Assembly (NCBI GenBank): GCA_963700285.1
Contig: CAVOXA010000005.1
Span: 32,001-96,000 of the forward strand
From: an uncultured Chloroflexia bacterium
GTDB lineage: Bacteria; Chloroflexota; Anaerolineae; JAAYZQ01
Reading direction: 5' to 3'
DNA length: 64,000 nucleotides
The first letter of the stretch is position 1. Each line of letters begins with the position of its first letter. Below the pieces are notes generated by a model, which saw nothing but the letters and a program-made list of their open reading frames with translations, was not told the origin of the DNA and ran no database searches. The position numbers were made by a program, and so were the translations under genes. Shown in pieces: positions 42,562 through 53,935 of the stretch.

Positions 42562-43136
42562 AGGTCGTTGGCGAGGCCGGCGACGGGCTCCAGGCCATCG
42601 ACTTGGCGCGGGAGATGATGCCCGATGTCATCCTGATGGACATTTCCATGCCCAACTGTGACGGCCTCGAGGCGACCCGCCGGATCAAGAGCGAGATGCC
42701 CCACGTCAAGATCGTGATGCTCATCGTCTCTGACGACGACAAGGACCTCTTTCAAGCCATCAAGTGCGGAGCCCAGGGCTATCTGATCAAGGACCTGAAG
42801 GCGCACTTGCTGTTCGACGTGCTCGACGCCCTGGCCAGGGGTGACACCCCCCTCTCCTCCGCCATGGCCACCAAGATCCTGCAGGAGTTTCGGGAGCCCG
42901 TCGTACCAAGGGTCGAGATACTCGAAGCCGGCGAACGGTTGACTCCCAGAGAGATCGAGGTATTGGTGCTGATTGTAGAAGGGCGATCCAACAAAGAGAT
43001 TGCCAAGGCCCTCGTCATCTCAGAGAGCACCGTCAAGAATCACCTGCGCAACATCCTGGAAAAACTGCACCTGCGGAACCGGCTCCAGGCCGCAGTGTAT
43101 GCCGTGCGTCAGGGATTGGTCGCCGACTGCCCCTAG
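42471..43136 (+). CDS. NarL/LuxR-family response regulator (cognate of the upstream kinase)
   Basis: LLVDDH, LMDISMP, LIKD; LTPREIEVL..GRSNKEIA. Confidence 0.95.
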   Translation: MREPLRVLLVDDHVLFRKGVDAVLATRPEIEVVGEAGDGLQAIDLAREMMPDVILMDISMPNCDGLEATRRIKSEMPHVKIVMLIVSDDDKDLFQAIKCGAQGYLIKDLKAHLLFDVLDALARGDTPLSSAMATKILQEFREPVVPRVEILEAGERLTPREIEVLVLIVEGRSNKEIAKALVISESTVKNHLRNILEKLHLRNRLQAAVYAVRQGLVADCP

Positions 43137-43262
43137 ATCCCGGTGCTACTTTACTGTTGACCTACTGCCCCCGGACAGACTGAACACTCTGCCGTCATCG
43201 CGAGTTCATCCGTAGGCCACCGCCGCCGCACTCCGAGTACAATCACTTCCAACCCTGTGATC

Positions 43263-44386
43263 GCGAGTCGCGAGGCTTTGAGGTCTATTTGGTCAACGCT
43301 CGCCACGTCAAGAATGTGCCCGGTCGAAAGACGGACATCTTGGATTGTCAGTGGATTCAACAGTTACATACCTACGTTTTGTTGCGCGCTTCCTTCCGGC
43401 CAGCAGAAGATATCTGTGCCCTGCGCGCGTTGGCGCGACATCGAGACAATCTGATTCGATATCGCTCAGCTCATATCCAGCATATGCAGAAGGCACAGCA
43501 GCTGATGAACGTCAAACTGACCGAGGTGGTTAGTGACATCACCGGCGTGACGGGTTTGAGTATCATCCGTGCAATGGTTGCCGGCGAACGGAATCCTCAC
43601 CAATTGGTTCGCCTTCGTCAATCTGCCTGTGCCAAGACCGAAGAGGAGATTGCCAAGGCACTCCAGGGCAACTACAAGCTGGAACACATCTTTGTCCTCA
43701 AACAGGCTCTGGCCCAATACGACTTCTATCTCGAACAGATTCAGGAGTGCGACGCCGAGTTGGAAGCGATGTATGCCACCTTACCTATCTCGCCGCCAGA
43801 TGACCGGGTTGATCCACCGCCCAAGCCAAAGGGTGGTAGGCCCCGCAAGAACCAAGCCCACTTTGACCTGGCTACCTCACTCTATCAGGTCGTAGGCGTA
43901 GACCTCACGGCCATTGATGGCATCGATGCCCTAACCGCCCACGCAATCATCGCTGAGATCGGTACCGATGTAAGTGCCTGGCCTACGGTCAAGCACTTTA
44001 CTTCCTGGTTAGGTTTGGCACCGCACAACGATAAGTCTGGCGGCAAAGTCTTGCGTAGCCGCACGAAGAAGACGAAAAACAAGGCCAGTCTGGCGTTCAG
44101 GCTGGCAGCACAGAGCCTGAGCCGGAGCCAGAGTGCTGTTGGCGCTTTTTACCGTCGGATGAGAGCAAAACACGGACCGGCTAAGGCTATCACGACTACT
44201 GCACACAAACTTGCACGCATCGTGTATTTCATGTTAAAGAACCGGACTGCCTATGCAGATCCAGGTGTCACTTACTACGAAAAACAGTATCGAGATCGCA
44301 CAGTTCGCAACCTGAAGCGCAAAGCTGCCGGACTGGGCATGGTCTTAGTGCCTATTCCAGCAGAACCCGCAACGGTTTCTTAGTAG
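43263..44386 (+). mobile_element. IS110-family transposase (bridge-recombinase class), 5'-truncated
   Basis: RGFEVYLVNARHVKNVPGRKTDILDCQWI; IDGID...AEIG; SWLGLAP...KSGG; [12 protein letters not shown]; the N-terminal GID and MESTG catalytic segments are absent; ends GTTTCTTAG. Confidence 0.9.
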
Positions 44387-44568
44387 ACGTGGATGCCGAG
44401 CTTGTCACGCCCACGGGCGCGGCCATCTTGACGGGCCTGTCTGCTGATTTTGGCGAGGCCCCGCCCATGATCGTCGATCCGGTGGGCTATGGCGCGGGGA
44501 AACACGAGCTGCCCTGGCCCAACCTGCTGCGCATCTCCATCGGTACGGCTGGGGCCAAGGCAGACTGA
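44386..44568 (+). pseudogene. larC: Fragment of nickel-pincer cofactor biosynthesis protein LarC (not in ORF track)
   Basis: Frame from 44386: [53 protein letters not shown]...*; [14 protein letters not shown] and PNLLR are LarC signatures; no start codon, directly abuts the IS110 stop. Confidence 0.85.
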
Positions 44569-44607
44569 CGGCCTCGCGCTGCCGACGACTGCCACACCAC
44601 CTGGCAG

Positions 44608-46430
44608 CTAGCCTTCCATCCGCCGGTACTGGCTCATGTACAGGTTGTGATAGAAGCCCTGCTGCGCCAGCAGTGCTTCGTGATTGCCGCGCTCGATGAT
44701 CCGCCCGTCGTCGATCACCAGCACCTGGTCGGCGGAGCGGATCGTGCTCAGGCGGTGGGCGATGACAAAGGCCGTGCGGCCCTGCCATCAGGTTCAGCAG
44801 GGCTTCCTGAATGAGCATTTCGGTGCGCGTATCGACGCTGCTGGTCGCCTCGTCCAGGATCAGGATGCGGGGATCGGCCAGGACGGCGCGGGCGATGGCC
44901 AGCAACTGGCGCTGCCCCTGGCTGAAGTTGTGGCCCTGCTCCGAGACCTGGGTCTGGTAGCCCTGGGGCAGGCGGCGGATGAACCAATCGGCGTTGGCCA
45001 GTTTGGCCGCGGCATAGACCTCGTCGTCGCTGGCCTCCAGCCGTCCGTAGCGGATGTTCTCCATCACCGTGCCGGAGAACAGAAAGGTGTCCTGCAGCAC
45101 AATGCCCAACTGCTTGCGGATGGAGGCCTGCTGCACGGCCCGGATGTCCTGGCCATCGATGGCGATCGCGCCCGCGTCCACATCGTAGAAGCGGCTGAGC
45201 AGATTGATGATGGTCGTCTTGCCCGCGCCCGTCGGGCCGACCAGGGCGATGGTCTGGCCGGGCTTGGCCGACAGGCTGACATCATGAGCACCGGTTTGCT
45301 GCGGGTCGTAGCCAAAGGTCACCCCCTCAAAGGTCACCGCGCCCTGGATGTTCTCCAGAGGCAGGGCGTCGGGCTGGATCGGGCACCGATGGGGCGCGCA
45401 TCCAGCACCTCAAAGATGCGCTCCGCACCGGCCAGGGCCGATTGCAGGCTGTTGTACAGCATGGCGATGCCGCGCATGGGCCGGAAAAAGTTCATGATAT
45501 AGACCACAAAGGTGGCGATCACGCCCACGGTGGCCAGCCCTCGCAGCGCCAGCCAGCCGCCCAGCAGGGCCGTGGCCGCGATCGTGATCGTGCTCATGGT
45601 GGTGAACATCGGCCCCAGCGCGGCGGTGATGATATCGGCCTTGACGCCCGATCTGCGATTGGCGGCATTCGCCCGCTCGAATTGGGCGACGGTGTCCTCG
45701 GCGCGGGCAAAGGCCTGGACCACGCGGATTCCGGCGAGATTTTCCTCCATCACGGCGTTCATCGCGCCCAGGTTGCGCTGCACTTCGCGGAAAGCGACGC
45801 GGCTGCGGCGGGTGACCAGCGCTGGTGATAAAGACCATCAGCGGCAGCAGGATCAGCGTGCCGATGGCCAGCTGCCAGTTGAGCACGAACATCGAGACCA
45901 TGATGCCGCCCAGGGTGAGGATGTTGGTGATAAAGGTGATCAGGCCGTTGGAGAGCACCTGGTTGATGGCCTCCGTGTCGTTGGTGACGCGGCTCATCAG
46001 GTCGCCTACCTTGTGGCGGTCGTGGTAGGCCATCGAGAGGACCTGCAGGTGGCCAAAGAGTTCGGCGCGCAGGTCGGCAATCAAGCCCTGGCCCACGCCG
46101 ACCATCAGCACGCCATAGGCAATCGAGGCCAGGCCGCCCAGCACAAACACGCCGAGCATGATCAGCGCCATGCGGGCCAGTCCGTACAGGTCGCCCGCGG
46201 CGATGAACTGGTCGATGGCCAGGCCCAGCAGGATCGGCCCTGCCAGGCTGGCAGCGGTGCTGACGATCACCAGCAGGGCCACACCGGTGAGTCGAGCCCG
46301 GTAGGGCCGGGCATACGGAAGCAGGCGGTTGACGGTGGCGCGTGTGTCGCGGGCAGTTTCGCCGGTATGCGCCCTGCCGCCGCCAGGGCCAATGCGAACG
46401 CGGGGTGCTTCTTTGTTGCTGTTGGGTCAT
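44608..46430 (-). CDS. ABC exporter subunit B (MdlB-like TMD+NBD), frameshifted
   Basis: [11 protein letters not shown]; [16 protein letters not shown] and [10 protein letters not shown]; ends [11 protein letters not shown]. Confidence 0.88.
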
Positions 46431-48226
46431 GATGGCACCGCCTGTCCATTGCCCATCTGCGACCGATAGATCTCCTGGTAGATCGGGCTGCTTTCGAGCA
46501 GTTCCCGGTGCGTGCCCTGGGCCGACGATCCGGCCGTGATCCAGCACCAGTATCTGGTCGGCGGTCAGCACGCTGCTGATGCGCTGGGCGATCATGAAGG
46601 TGGTCTTGCCCGCCATCAGGCGGTCCAGGGCCGCCTGAATCTTGGCTTCGGTCTCCATGTCCACGGCGCTGGTGCTGTCGTCGAGGATCAGGATAGCCGG
46701 GCGAAATCAGGAGCGCCCGGGCGATGGCAATCCGCTGCTTCTGCCCGCCAGAGAGGTTGGCGCCGCGCTCCTCCACCAGAGCTGTCGTAGCCGTCGGGCA
46801 TGGCCAGGATGAAATCGTGCGCCTGGGCGGCTTTGGCCGCGGCAATCACCTCGTCGAGGGACGCGTCTGGCCGGCCATAGGCGATATTCTCCCGGATGGT
46901 GCCGCTAAAGAGGGTGGTCTGCTGCAGGACAACGCCGATGCGTTTGCGCAGGGATTCCGGATCCCAGTCGCGCACGTCCACGCCATCGATGCGGATCTTG
47001 CCCTGGTTGACGTCGTAGAAACGCGGGATCAGGTTGACCAGGGTGCTCTTGCCCGAACCGGTGGCGCCCAGCAGAGCCACCCGCTGTCCGGGCTCGACGT
47101 GGACCGTGACTCCGTCCAGGACATTTCTGCCACCCCGGTGGTCGGGAACCGGCCAGTTGCGTCATCGCGATGGCCAGTCCCGCTGCCATCGTAGTGGAAG
47201 CTGACCCCCTCGAAGGTCACCTGCCCCTGGAGCGCCGTGGCCCTGTGGGGTTCGGCGGCCACCTTGACGGCCGGTCGCGTGTCCAGCACCTCCCAAAATC
47301 GTCCGGCCGAGGCCTCGGCGCGCGAGACCATCGTCAGGACATTGCCCAGCAGCATCAGCGGGGCCATGCCGATCATCAGATAGCTGTTGAAGGCCACCAG
47401 TTCCCCCAGGGTCAGCCGGCCGCCGATGACGTCCCGCCCGCCAAACCAGACCACGGCCACAATCCCCAGGTTGGTGAGCAGGGTCAGCACCGGCAAGGCG
47501 ATCGCCATCAGCCTGCCGACCTTGATGTTCTCCTGCATATAGTCCTCGTTGTGACGCCGGAAGCGGTCGATCTCGTACCGCTCGCGCACAAAGGCCTTGA
47601 CCACCTGCACCCCGGCCAGGTTCTCCTGGACAGCCGTGTTGAGGGCTGAGAGTTTCTCCTGGACGACGATGAACAGAGGACGGGCCAGCTGCCATCAAGC
47701 CCCAGATGAGCAGGCCGGCCAGGGGCAGCACGCACCAGGGTAAGCAGGGCCAGCCGCGCGTCGATGACAAACATCATCACCACGCTGCCGACGAGCATGA
47801 GCAGGGCCCGCAGCAGCAGGGAGAGACCATGGCTGGCAAAGCCGCGCACCAGATCGACATCGCTGGACAGCCGGGTCATCAACTGCCCGGTCTGCATCGT
47901 GTCGAGGTTGGCAAAGGAAAAGGTCTGGATGTGGGCAAAGAGCTTGTTGCGCATGTCGTAGGCCAGTCCCTGCGCCAGCAGCGCCCGGCAGACGCCCTGC
48001 CCCAGGGTTGCCAGCGCCCCGGTGAGCGCTGTCACCAGCATGATGGCCGAGCCGCGCCAGATGGCGTCCATGTCGCCAGGCTCAATGCCCTGAGTCGATG
48101 ATATAGTTCAGGGCGCGGGGCACGATCAATTCCATGGCGACCGGCAGAACGACGGTGATCACCAACCCAATGGCGACCCAGCGATAGGGCCGCACAAAGG
48201 GAAGCATGCGTTTCAGCGAACTTCAT
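46427..48226 (-). CDS. ABC exporter subunit A (MdlA-like, degenerate site), frameshifted
   Basis: TGQLMTRLSSDV; GATGSGKST, LSGGQKQR, ILDDSTSAVD and IAQRISS; stop overlaps the subunit B start. Confidence 0.88.
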
Positions 48227-48673
48227 TCGATGTCGTGGACCTCCATCAACTGGCTAATTTCACATAACGCGTCCGTAAATTTCGGACAGGCGCTCCTGGG
48301 ACAGGCTGGCCAGCCGCCGCCGCAGAAGCGGCAGACCGCCCAGCGGCGTGTTTTCGACAATCTCCAGTCCAGCAGGCGTCAGTTCGACGATGACGACGCG
48401 ATTGTCTTGCTGAGAACGGGTGCGGGTGACATAGCCCTTTCCTTCAAGCTGGGAAATCAGTGAAGATGTGGTGCTGGGGCTCTTGTGCGTGAAGGTCTGC
48501 ACCTGACCCACGGTGGCTGACTCTGATTCCAACAGGTAGCGCAGCACCGACAGGTCGCGGGGTGTCAAGCCGCGTTCGTCGATCAACTGGCGGGTGTGTC
48601 GTCTCAGGAAGTGTTGCAGCGCCAGGAATTGATGGAACACCTGATCGGAGAGGGGTTCTCCTGTATCATTCAC
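48223..48673 (-). CDS. MarR-family regulator (frameshift near 3' end)
   Basis: GLTPRDLSVL...LEGKGYVTR...DNRVVIVELTPAG. Confidence 0.9.
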
Positions 48674-48709
48674 GGTTTATCCTCCGGCAGAGAATCGTTC
48701 TCTAAGGAA

Positions 48710-48752
48710 TATTTCGTTAACGAAGTATAACTCGGAATCGCTCCGTTGTCAA
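48710..48752 (-). promoter_or_regulatory. Sigma70 promoter with overlapping palindromic operator (probable MarR site)
   Basis: Minus strand TTGACA-17bp-TATACT; perfect 12-bp palindrome TTCGTTAACGAA (48713-48724) over the expected transcription start. Confidence 0.8.
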
Positions 48753-49017
48753 AACGCGGGGGATGACAGGCTGATTGTGCGGTCGGGCGGTGACTGGGCG
48801 GCTGCCAGGCGAGCCGGATGGGCGCATTCGGCCGATCAGCGTTGTAGACAGTCCGTGCAACGTCCGATATCGATAGCTATCCCACGACTTGTCCTACCGG
48901 ACCTTGACAACCAGCGCGATGGGTGGTATCCTCCCCTCCGGTCGCCTGTGGTCGAAAGACCTCTGGCCATATCCGTGTCTTGGGTACTGCGCTTGCCACA
49001 AGGAGTGTTCCAACCAG

Positions 49018-49746
49018 ATGCAACTCTATTTTATACGTCACGCCCAATCAGAGAACAATGCCCGCTTTGTGCAAACCGGCTCGATGGCCAGCCGCACACC
49101 GGATCCGGATCTGACCCCCACCGGCCGGCTGCAGGCGCGAGTACTGGCCGAATTCCTAGAGCAGCGTCGCCCGAAGCCGCAGGCACAGGCCACCGGTCAC
49201 GATCCACAAAACCTCGGTGGCTTTGGTTTTACCCATCTCTACTGTAGCTTGATGGTCCGCTCAATTTCGACAGGAACAGAGCTGGCGCGGGCACTGGAAC
49301 TGCCCTTGATCGCCTGGGAGGACCTGCACGAAACGGGGGGTATCCATGACCTCGACCCTGATACGGAGGAGCCCGTTGGCCTGCCTGGCAGGAACCGGGT
49401 CTATTTTGAGCGCAACCATCCGGAGCTTGGGTTGCCTGCGGGCTTGGGCGAAGAGGGGTGGTGGAACCGGCCTTTTGAAGATCGTGAGCAGAGACGGTTG
49501 CGCGCCCAGCGTTTCTTGCGCGTGTTGCTGCAGCGACACGGTGGCACCCAAGACCGCGTCGCCGTGATCAGCCATGGCGGCTTTTACAACCACTTTCTGC
49601 GCGCTGTCCTTGTCCTGCCTGAGGAAAACCAGGCGTGGTTTTCGCTCAACAACACAGCCATTACCCGCATCGACTTTGAGGGCGAGCGGACCTGGGTAAG
49701 CTATATGAACCGCCTGGAGTTCATGCCCGAGGAACTGATCACCTAG
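49018..49746 (+). CDS. Histidine phosphatase family protein
   Basis: LYFIRHAQS, LTPTGRLQA, LHETGG, VISHGG and NNTAIT. Confidence 0.92.
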   Translation: MQLYFIRHAQSENNARFVQTGSMASRTPDPDLTPTGRLQARVLAEFLEQRRPKPQAQATGHDPQNLGGFGFTHLYCSLMVRSISTGTELARALELPLIAWEDLHETGGIHDLDPDTEEPVGLPGRNRVYFERNHPELGLPAGLGEEGWWNRPFEDREQRRLRAQRFLRVLLQRHGGTQDRVAVISHGGFYNHFLRAVLVLPEENQAWFSLNNTAITRIDFEGERTWVSYMNRLEFMPEELIT

Positions 49747-49813
49747 CACGCCCAGTCAGGGCAACCACACAGCGTCAAGTGCGAGGCCTGGGCCTGCTGG
49801 CCCTGGACTCTGG

Positions 49814-50584
49814 CTAGTCCTTTCCCCAAAGTAGTTCAGGGCCGGATGCGGGAACCTGGCGCAAGCTCGGGGGGAGTGGGCCACTGAGGTCGTTGCCATA
49901 CAGGCTGAGCATCCGGAGATTGGTAAGCCGTCCTAATTCAGCAGGAATGCTACCGGTCAGATTGTTGCTGCTCAAGAACAGGCCCTCGAGCTTGGACAGG
50001 TTCCCCAGCTCGGGAGGAATGTTGCCCTCCAGTTGATTGTCGCGCAACATGAGGGCTCGCAGTTCGCTGAGGCCGCCCAGTTCGGGTGGAATGGCGCCGG
50101 TCAGCTCGTTGCTGTCAAGGTCCAGCTTTTGCAGCTTCGCCAGATTTGCCAGTTGGGGCGGTATGCTGCCACTGAGCTCATTGTTGTGCAGGATCAGAGT
50201 CTCCAGGTAGGCCAGCCCGCTCAGTTCAGCGGGGATGGTGCCGGAGAGATGGTTAAAGTACAGGCTGAGGGTCTTGAGCTGCGCTAGCTGGCCAAGCTCA
50301 GGTGGAAGGTTCCCGCGCAACTCGTCAAAGTTGATGCTGATGACTGTGACATGCCCGGCGGAACAGGTCACTCCGAACCAGGAGCACGGGTCAGGGTCTA
50401 CGAGCCAGCCCCGGCGGTCCTTCCAGCGGGGACCATCCGTCTCTTCATAGAATGCGACCAGTACGGCACATTCAGACGGAGGGATCGCTGTGACCCGCGC
50501 ACAGGGATCCTTTTCTTGGACACAGGCCAGGAGAAATATCACTACGATCATGGAACTCAATGCTGCTTGCTTTCTGGGTTGCAT
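49814..50584 (-). CDS. Small secreted/lipo-protein with plant-type 24-aa leucine-rich repeats and LRRNT cap
   Basis: LLAC lipobox; ECAVLVAFY...W...PCSWFGVTC cap; about six LxxLxLxxNxLxGxIPxELGx repeats. Confidence 0.88.
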   Translation of the reverse strand: MQPRKQAALSSMIVVIFLLACVQEKDPCARVTAIPPSECAVLVAFYEETDGPRWKDRRGWLVDPDPCSWFGVTCSAGHVTVISINFDELRGNLPPELGQLAQLKTLSLYFNHLSGTIPAELSGLAYLETLILHNNELSGSIPPQLANLAKLQKLDLDSNELTGAIPPELGGLSELRALMLRDNQLEGNIPPELGNLSKLEGLFLSSNNLTGSIPAELGRLTNLRMLSLYGNDLSGPLPPSLRQVPASGPELLWGKD

Positions 50585-51097
50585 ATCCCATACCAAGAGT
50601 CTGCCTGGCCCCACTTGGAAGAGGTGGAACGTGAGCCGGAGACCGCATTGGAATCCGCCTGGCGGCCTATCCGTACATTCATATTGACAAAACACCTGCT
50701 TGACGGCTGCGTTACGCATCCTTCTGGAACTCTATGACCCTTTGTGACGGGGCGCCACCATGCGGCTGTGCGATGGCCTTGCCCCGATTGACCACCGCCG
50801 GGATGTCCGGTTCGCGAGGAACCCCGCCGCTGCCGGTGACGATGGCCTTAGCGTTAGCGCTGGGAGACAAGAGCGCCCTGCCTATGCCGGTCAGCTCGCC
50901 CATCTGCAGGACCAGCCAGAGGCTACCCCAACAAAGTCGCCTGAACACCGGGTGGAACCAATCGCCCCATTTCTACCAGAAAAAGAGCCCTGCCACGAGG
51001 CAGCACCTCCACTGAGCCCCCTAAGGCGGGGGAAAATAGGGAAGCCTGTCGCCAAGATTGCCAGGTGTTTTGGTCCAGGTACCCTGTCTGCCAGAGG

Positions 51098-51125
51098 TGG
51101 ACAAGAAGGGACAAAATGGTATAAT
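51098..51125 (+). promoter_or_regulatory. Promoter of the pst operon
   Basis: TGGACA-16bp-TATAAT with TG extension; no clear Pho box seen. Confidence 0.5.
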
Positions 51126-51184
51126 GGGCCCAGTCGGGCTGGGGACTCAACCCATGGCCGCCACTACAAAAAAGGACTACCCTG

Positions 51185-52102
51185 ATGCAGCTTTCACCAA
51201 CACCGCGCCGTGTCAAGACAGCCCTGTCGCTGGTCTGCCTGTTGACCATGGGGACGATCTGCCTACTGGCCGGCTGTGGACCGAAGGACTCTGAGCAAGT
51301 GGGCGCTGCGCCCGGGACCGCCCAGGCGATCGAGAACAAGGGCTCCGACACGCTGGTCAACCTGGCGCTGGCCTGGGCTGAGGCCTATATGCCCGCTCAT
51401 CCTGAGGTGCGCATCTCGGTCACCGGCGGCGGATCGGGCACCGGCATCGCGGCCATGATCAACGGCACGGTGGACATTGCCAACGCCTCGCGGGCGATGA
51501 AGTCCGAGGAGATCGCCGCCGCCGAGGCAAACGGCATCAGCCGGTCGAGTTTGTCGTCGCCCGCGATGCCATCGCCGTCGTCGTCCATCCCTCCAACCCG
51601 GTCGATCAGCTCACTCTCCAGCAGATCTCGGACATCTATACCGGCAAGATCACCAACTGGAGCGAGGTGGGCGGCGAGGATCGCCCTATCGTCCTGCTCT
51701 CCCGCGAGTCCAACTCGGGCACCTATGTCTACTTTTTGGAGAACGTGATCCGCCTGGGCGACAAGGAGAGCGATCTGCTCTTCTCGCCCGACACGCTGCT
51801 GATGCCTTCCTCGGAGGGGATCAGCGCCGAGGTGCGCCAGAACCCCAACGCCATCGGCTACGATGGCCTGGGCTATGTGACACCCGATCAGAAGATGATG
51901 GCCGTCGCCCGGGATGCCAGCGGTCCCTTACGTGCTGCCCTCGATCGCCACGGTGAACGATGGCTCCTATCCTGATCTCGCGTCCGCTCTACATGTATAC
52001 CGCTGGCGAGCCAACCGGCCAGGTCAAGGCCTACCTGGACTGGATACTGGGCGAGGGGCAGGCGCTGGTCGTCAGAGCTGGGCTTTGTGCCCCTTGCAGT
52101 GA
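51185..52102 (+). CDS. pstS: Phosphate ABC transporter substrate-binding lipoprotein, frameshifted
   Basis: LLAGC; KGSDTL, GGGSGTG, DIANASR, SRESNSGT, AIGYDG and YP.SRPL. Confidence 0.92.
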
Positions 52103-52123
52103 GGAATTGGGCATTGGGATTCG

Positions 52124-53071
52124 ATGGTATCGCGCAACACGCAGCACATCAGGAGTTGAGCATTGGATGACACGCGCCGCCCGTCGTCGCTGGCTCGAGT
52201 TCGTCAGTCGAGGCGCTGATCCGGGTGCTTGGGCTTCTCCACCATCGGCTTTGTGGCCCTGATCTTTCTCTTCCTGCTGCGCGAGGGCTTGCCCGCTCTT
52301 TTTCGAGGTGCCGCTGGGCAACCTGTTCGGGCACGCGCTGGTATCCCACCTTTGACCTCTTTGGCACGCTGCCGCTGATCCTGGGCTCGATCCTGGTCAC
52401 GGTGATGGCCATCGCCATCGCCCTGCCCCTGGGCGTGGCCACGGCCGTCTTTGTGCGCGAGGTCGCGCCCAACTGGGCGCGCGAGATCCTCAAGCCGCTG
52501 ATCGAGGTGCTGGCCGGCATCCCCTCGGTGGTGCTGGGCTTCTTTGGCATGACGCTCGCTCGCCCCGCTCGTCCGCGAGGGCCTGGGCGCGCCGACCGGG
52601 CTGACGGCCTTCACCGGGGCGCTTGCTCCTGGCCTACATGGCGCTGCCCACCATCATCAGCGTGGCCGAGGATGCCCTCGACGCGGTGCCCAAGAGCTAT
52701 CGGGATGCCGGGCTGGCCATGGGCGCCACCCAGTGGCAGACCATCTGGCGGGTGGTGGTGCCGGCCGCGCGCTCGGGCATCGTGACCGCGGTGATGCTGG
52801 GCATGGGACGCGCCATCGGCGAGACGATGGCGGTGATGATGGTGACCGGCAACGCCGCTCGCATGCCGCTGCACGCTGGACTCGCTCTTTCGCCCGGTGC
52901 GCACCATGACGGCCACCATCGCCGCCGAGATGGGCGAGGTCGCCCAGGGCAGCACCCACTACCACGCCCTCTTTGGCATCGGCATCATCCTCTTTGTCCT
53001 GACCTTTGCCATCAACCTGGCCGCTGCCTCGGCGATCTTTCAGAAAGCGGCGGCGGGGAGGGCTGCGCTGA
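52124..53071 (+). CDS. pstC: Phosphate ABC transporter permease, frameshifted (start approximate)
   Basis: [14 protein letters not shown]; [12 protein letters not shown]; [12 protein letters not shown]; [12 protein letters not shown]. Confidence 0.9.
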
Positions 53072-53920
53072 TGAACCGCTATCTGGTGCAGCGGCTTGGC
53101 TTTGCCCTGCTGGCCTTGGCAACGCTCGTGGTCGTCGTGCCCATCCTGCTGGTCATCGGCACCATCGTTGTGCGCGGGATCGGGGCCGTCAACTGGGAGT
53201 TCCTGACCGCCATGCCGCGCGACGGGATGAAGGCGGGCGGCATCTTTCCCGCCATCGTCGGCACCTTGCTGCTGACCGCTGGGCACGGCGCTGGTGGCCA
53301 TCCCCGTGGGCGTGGGCGGCGCCATCTATCTGTCCGAGTACGCCCGCGACACGCTGGCTGACCCGCGCCATCCGCCTGGCGATCATCAACCTGGCCGGCA
53401 TCCCCTCGGTGGTCTATGGGCTGTTTGGCCTGGGGCTGTTTGTGCTCTTTCTGCAGTTCGGCACGTCGATCCTGGCCGGCTCGCTGACCCTGGCCATCAT
53501 GACCCTGCCCATCATCATCAGCACCTCCGAAGAGGCGCTGCGCGCTGTGCCGACCGAGTTTCGCACGGTCAGCGCCAGCCTGGGCGGCACGCGCTGGCAG
53601 GGCATCCGCAACGTCGTGCTGCCCCAGGCGCTGCCCGGCATCATCACCGGCGTCATCCTGGGGCTGCTGCGCGCGGCCGGCGAGACGGCGCCGATCCTCT
53701 TTACCGTGGCCGCCTTTTTTCTGCCCCGCCTGCCCCAGTCGCTCTTTGACCAGACGATGGCCCTGCCCTACCATCTGTACGTCATCAGCACCCAGGTGCC
53801 GGGCATGCCGCGCGAAGATCCAGTACGGCACGGCGCTGGTTCTGTTGGTGCTTGGTTCTCTCCCTGAACTTCGTGGCGACGATCATCCGCAGCTATTTCC
53901 GGCGGCGACGGCAGTGGTAG
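53071..53920 (+). CDS. pstA: Phosphate ABC transporter permease, frameshifted
   Basis: [10 protein letters not shown]; [14 protein letters not shown]; SEEALRAVP; RAAGETAP. Confidence 0.92.
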
Positions 53921-53935
53921 AAGCATGACACGACA

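Noticed and set aside
43137-43262. Possible bridge RNA upstream of the IS110 transposase
   Set aside because: The transposase is cut inside its coding region, so this spacer is unlikely to be the native left end; no convincing structure seen
50712-50948. Short minus-strand ORF with protein-like text (GELTGIGRALLSPSANAKAIVTGSGG)
   Set aside because: No RBS or recognisable family; may be a remnant but cannot be supported
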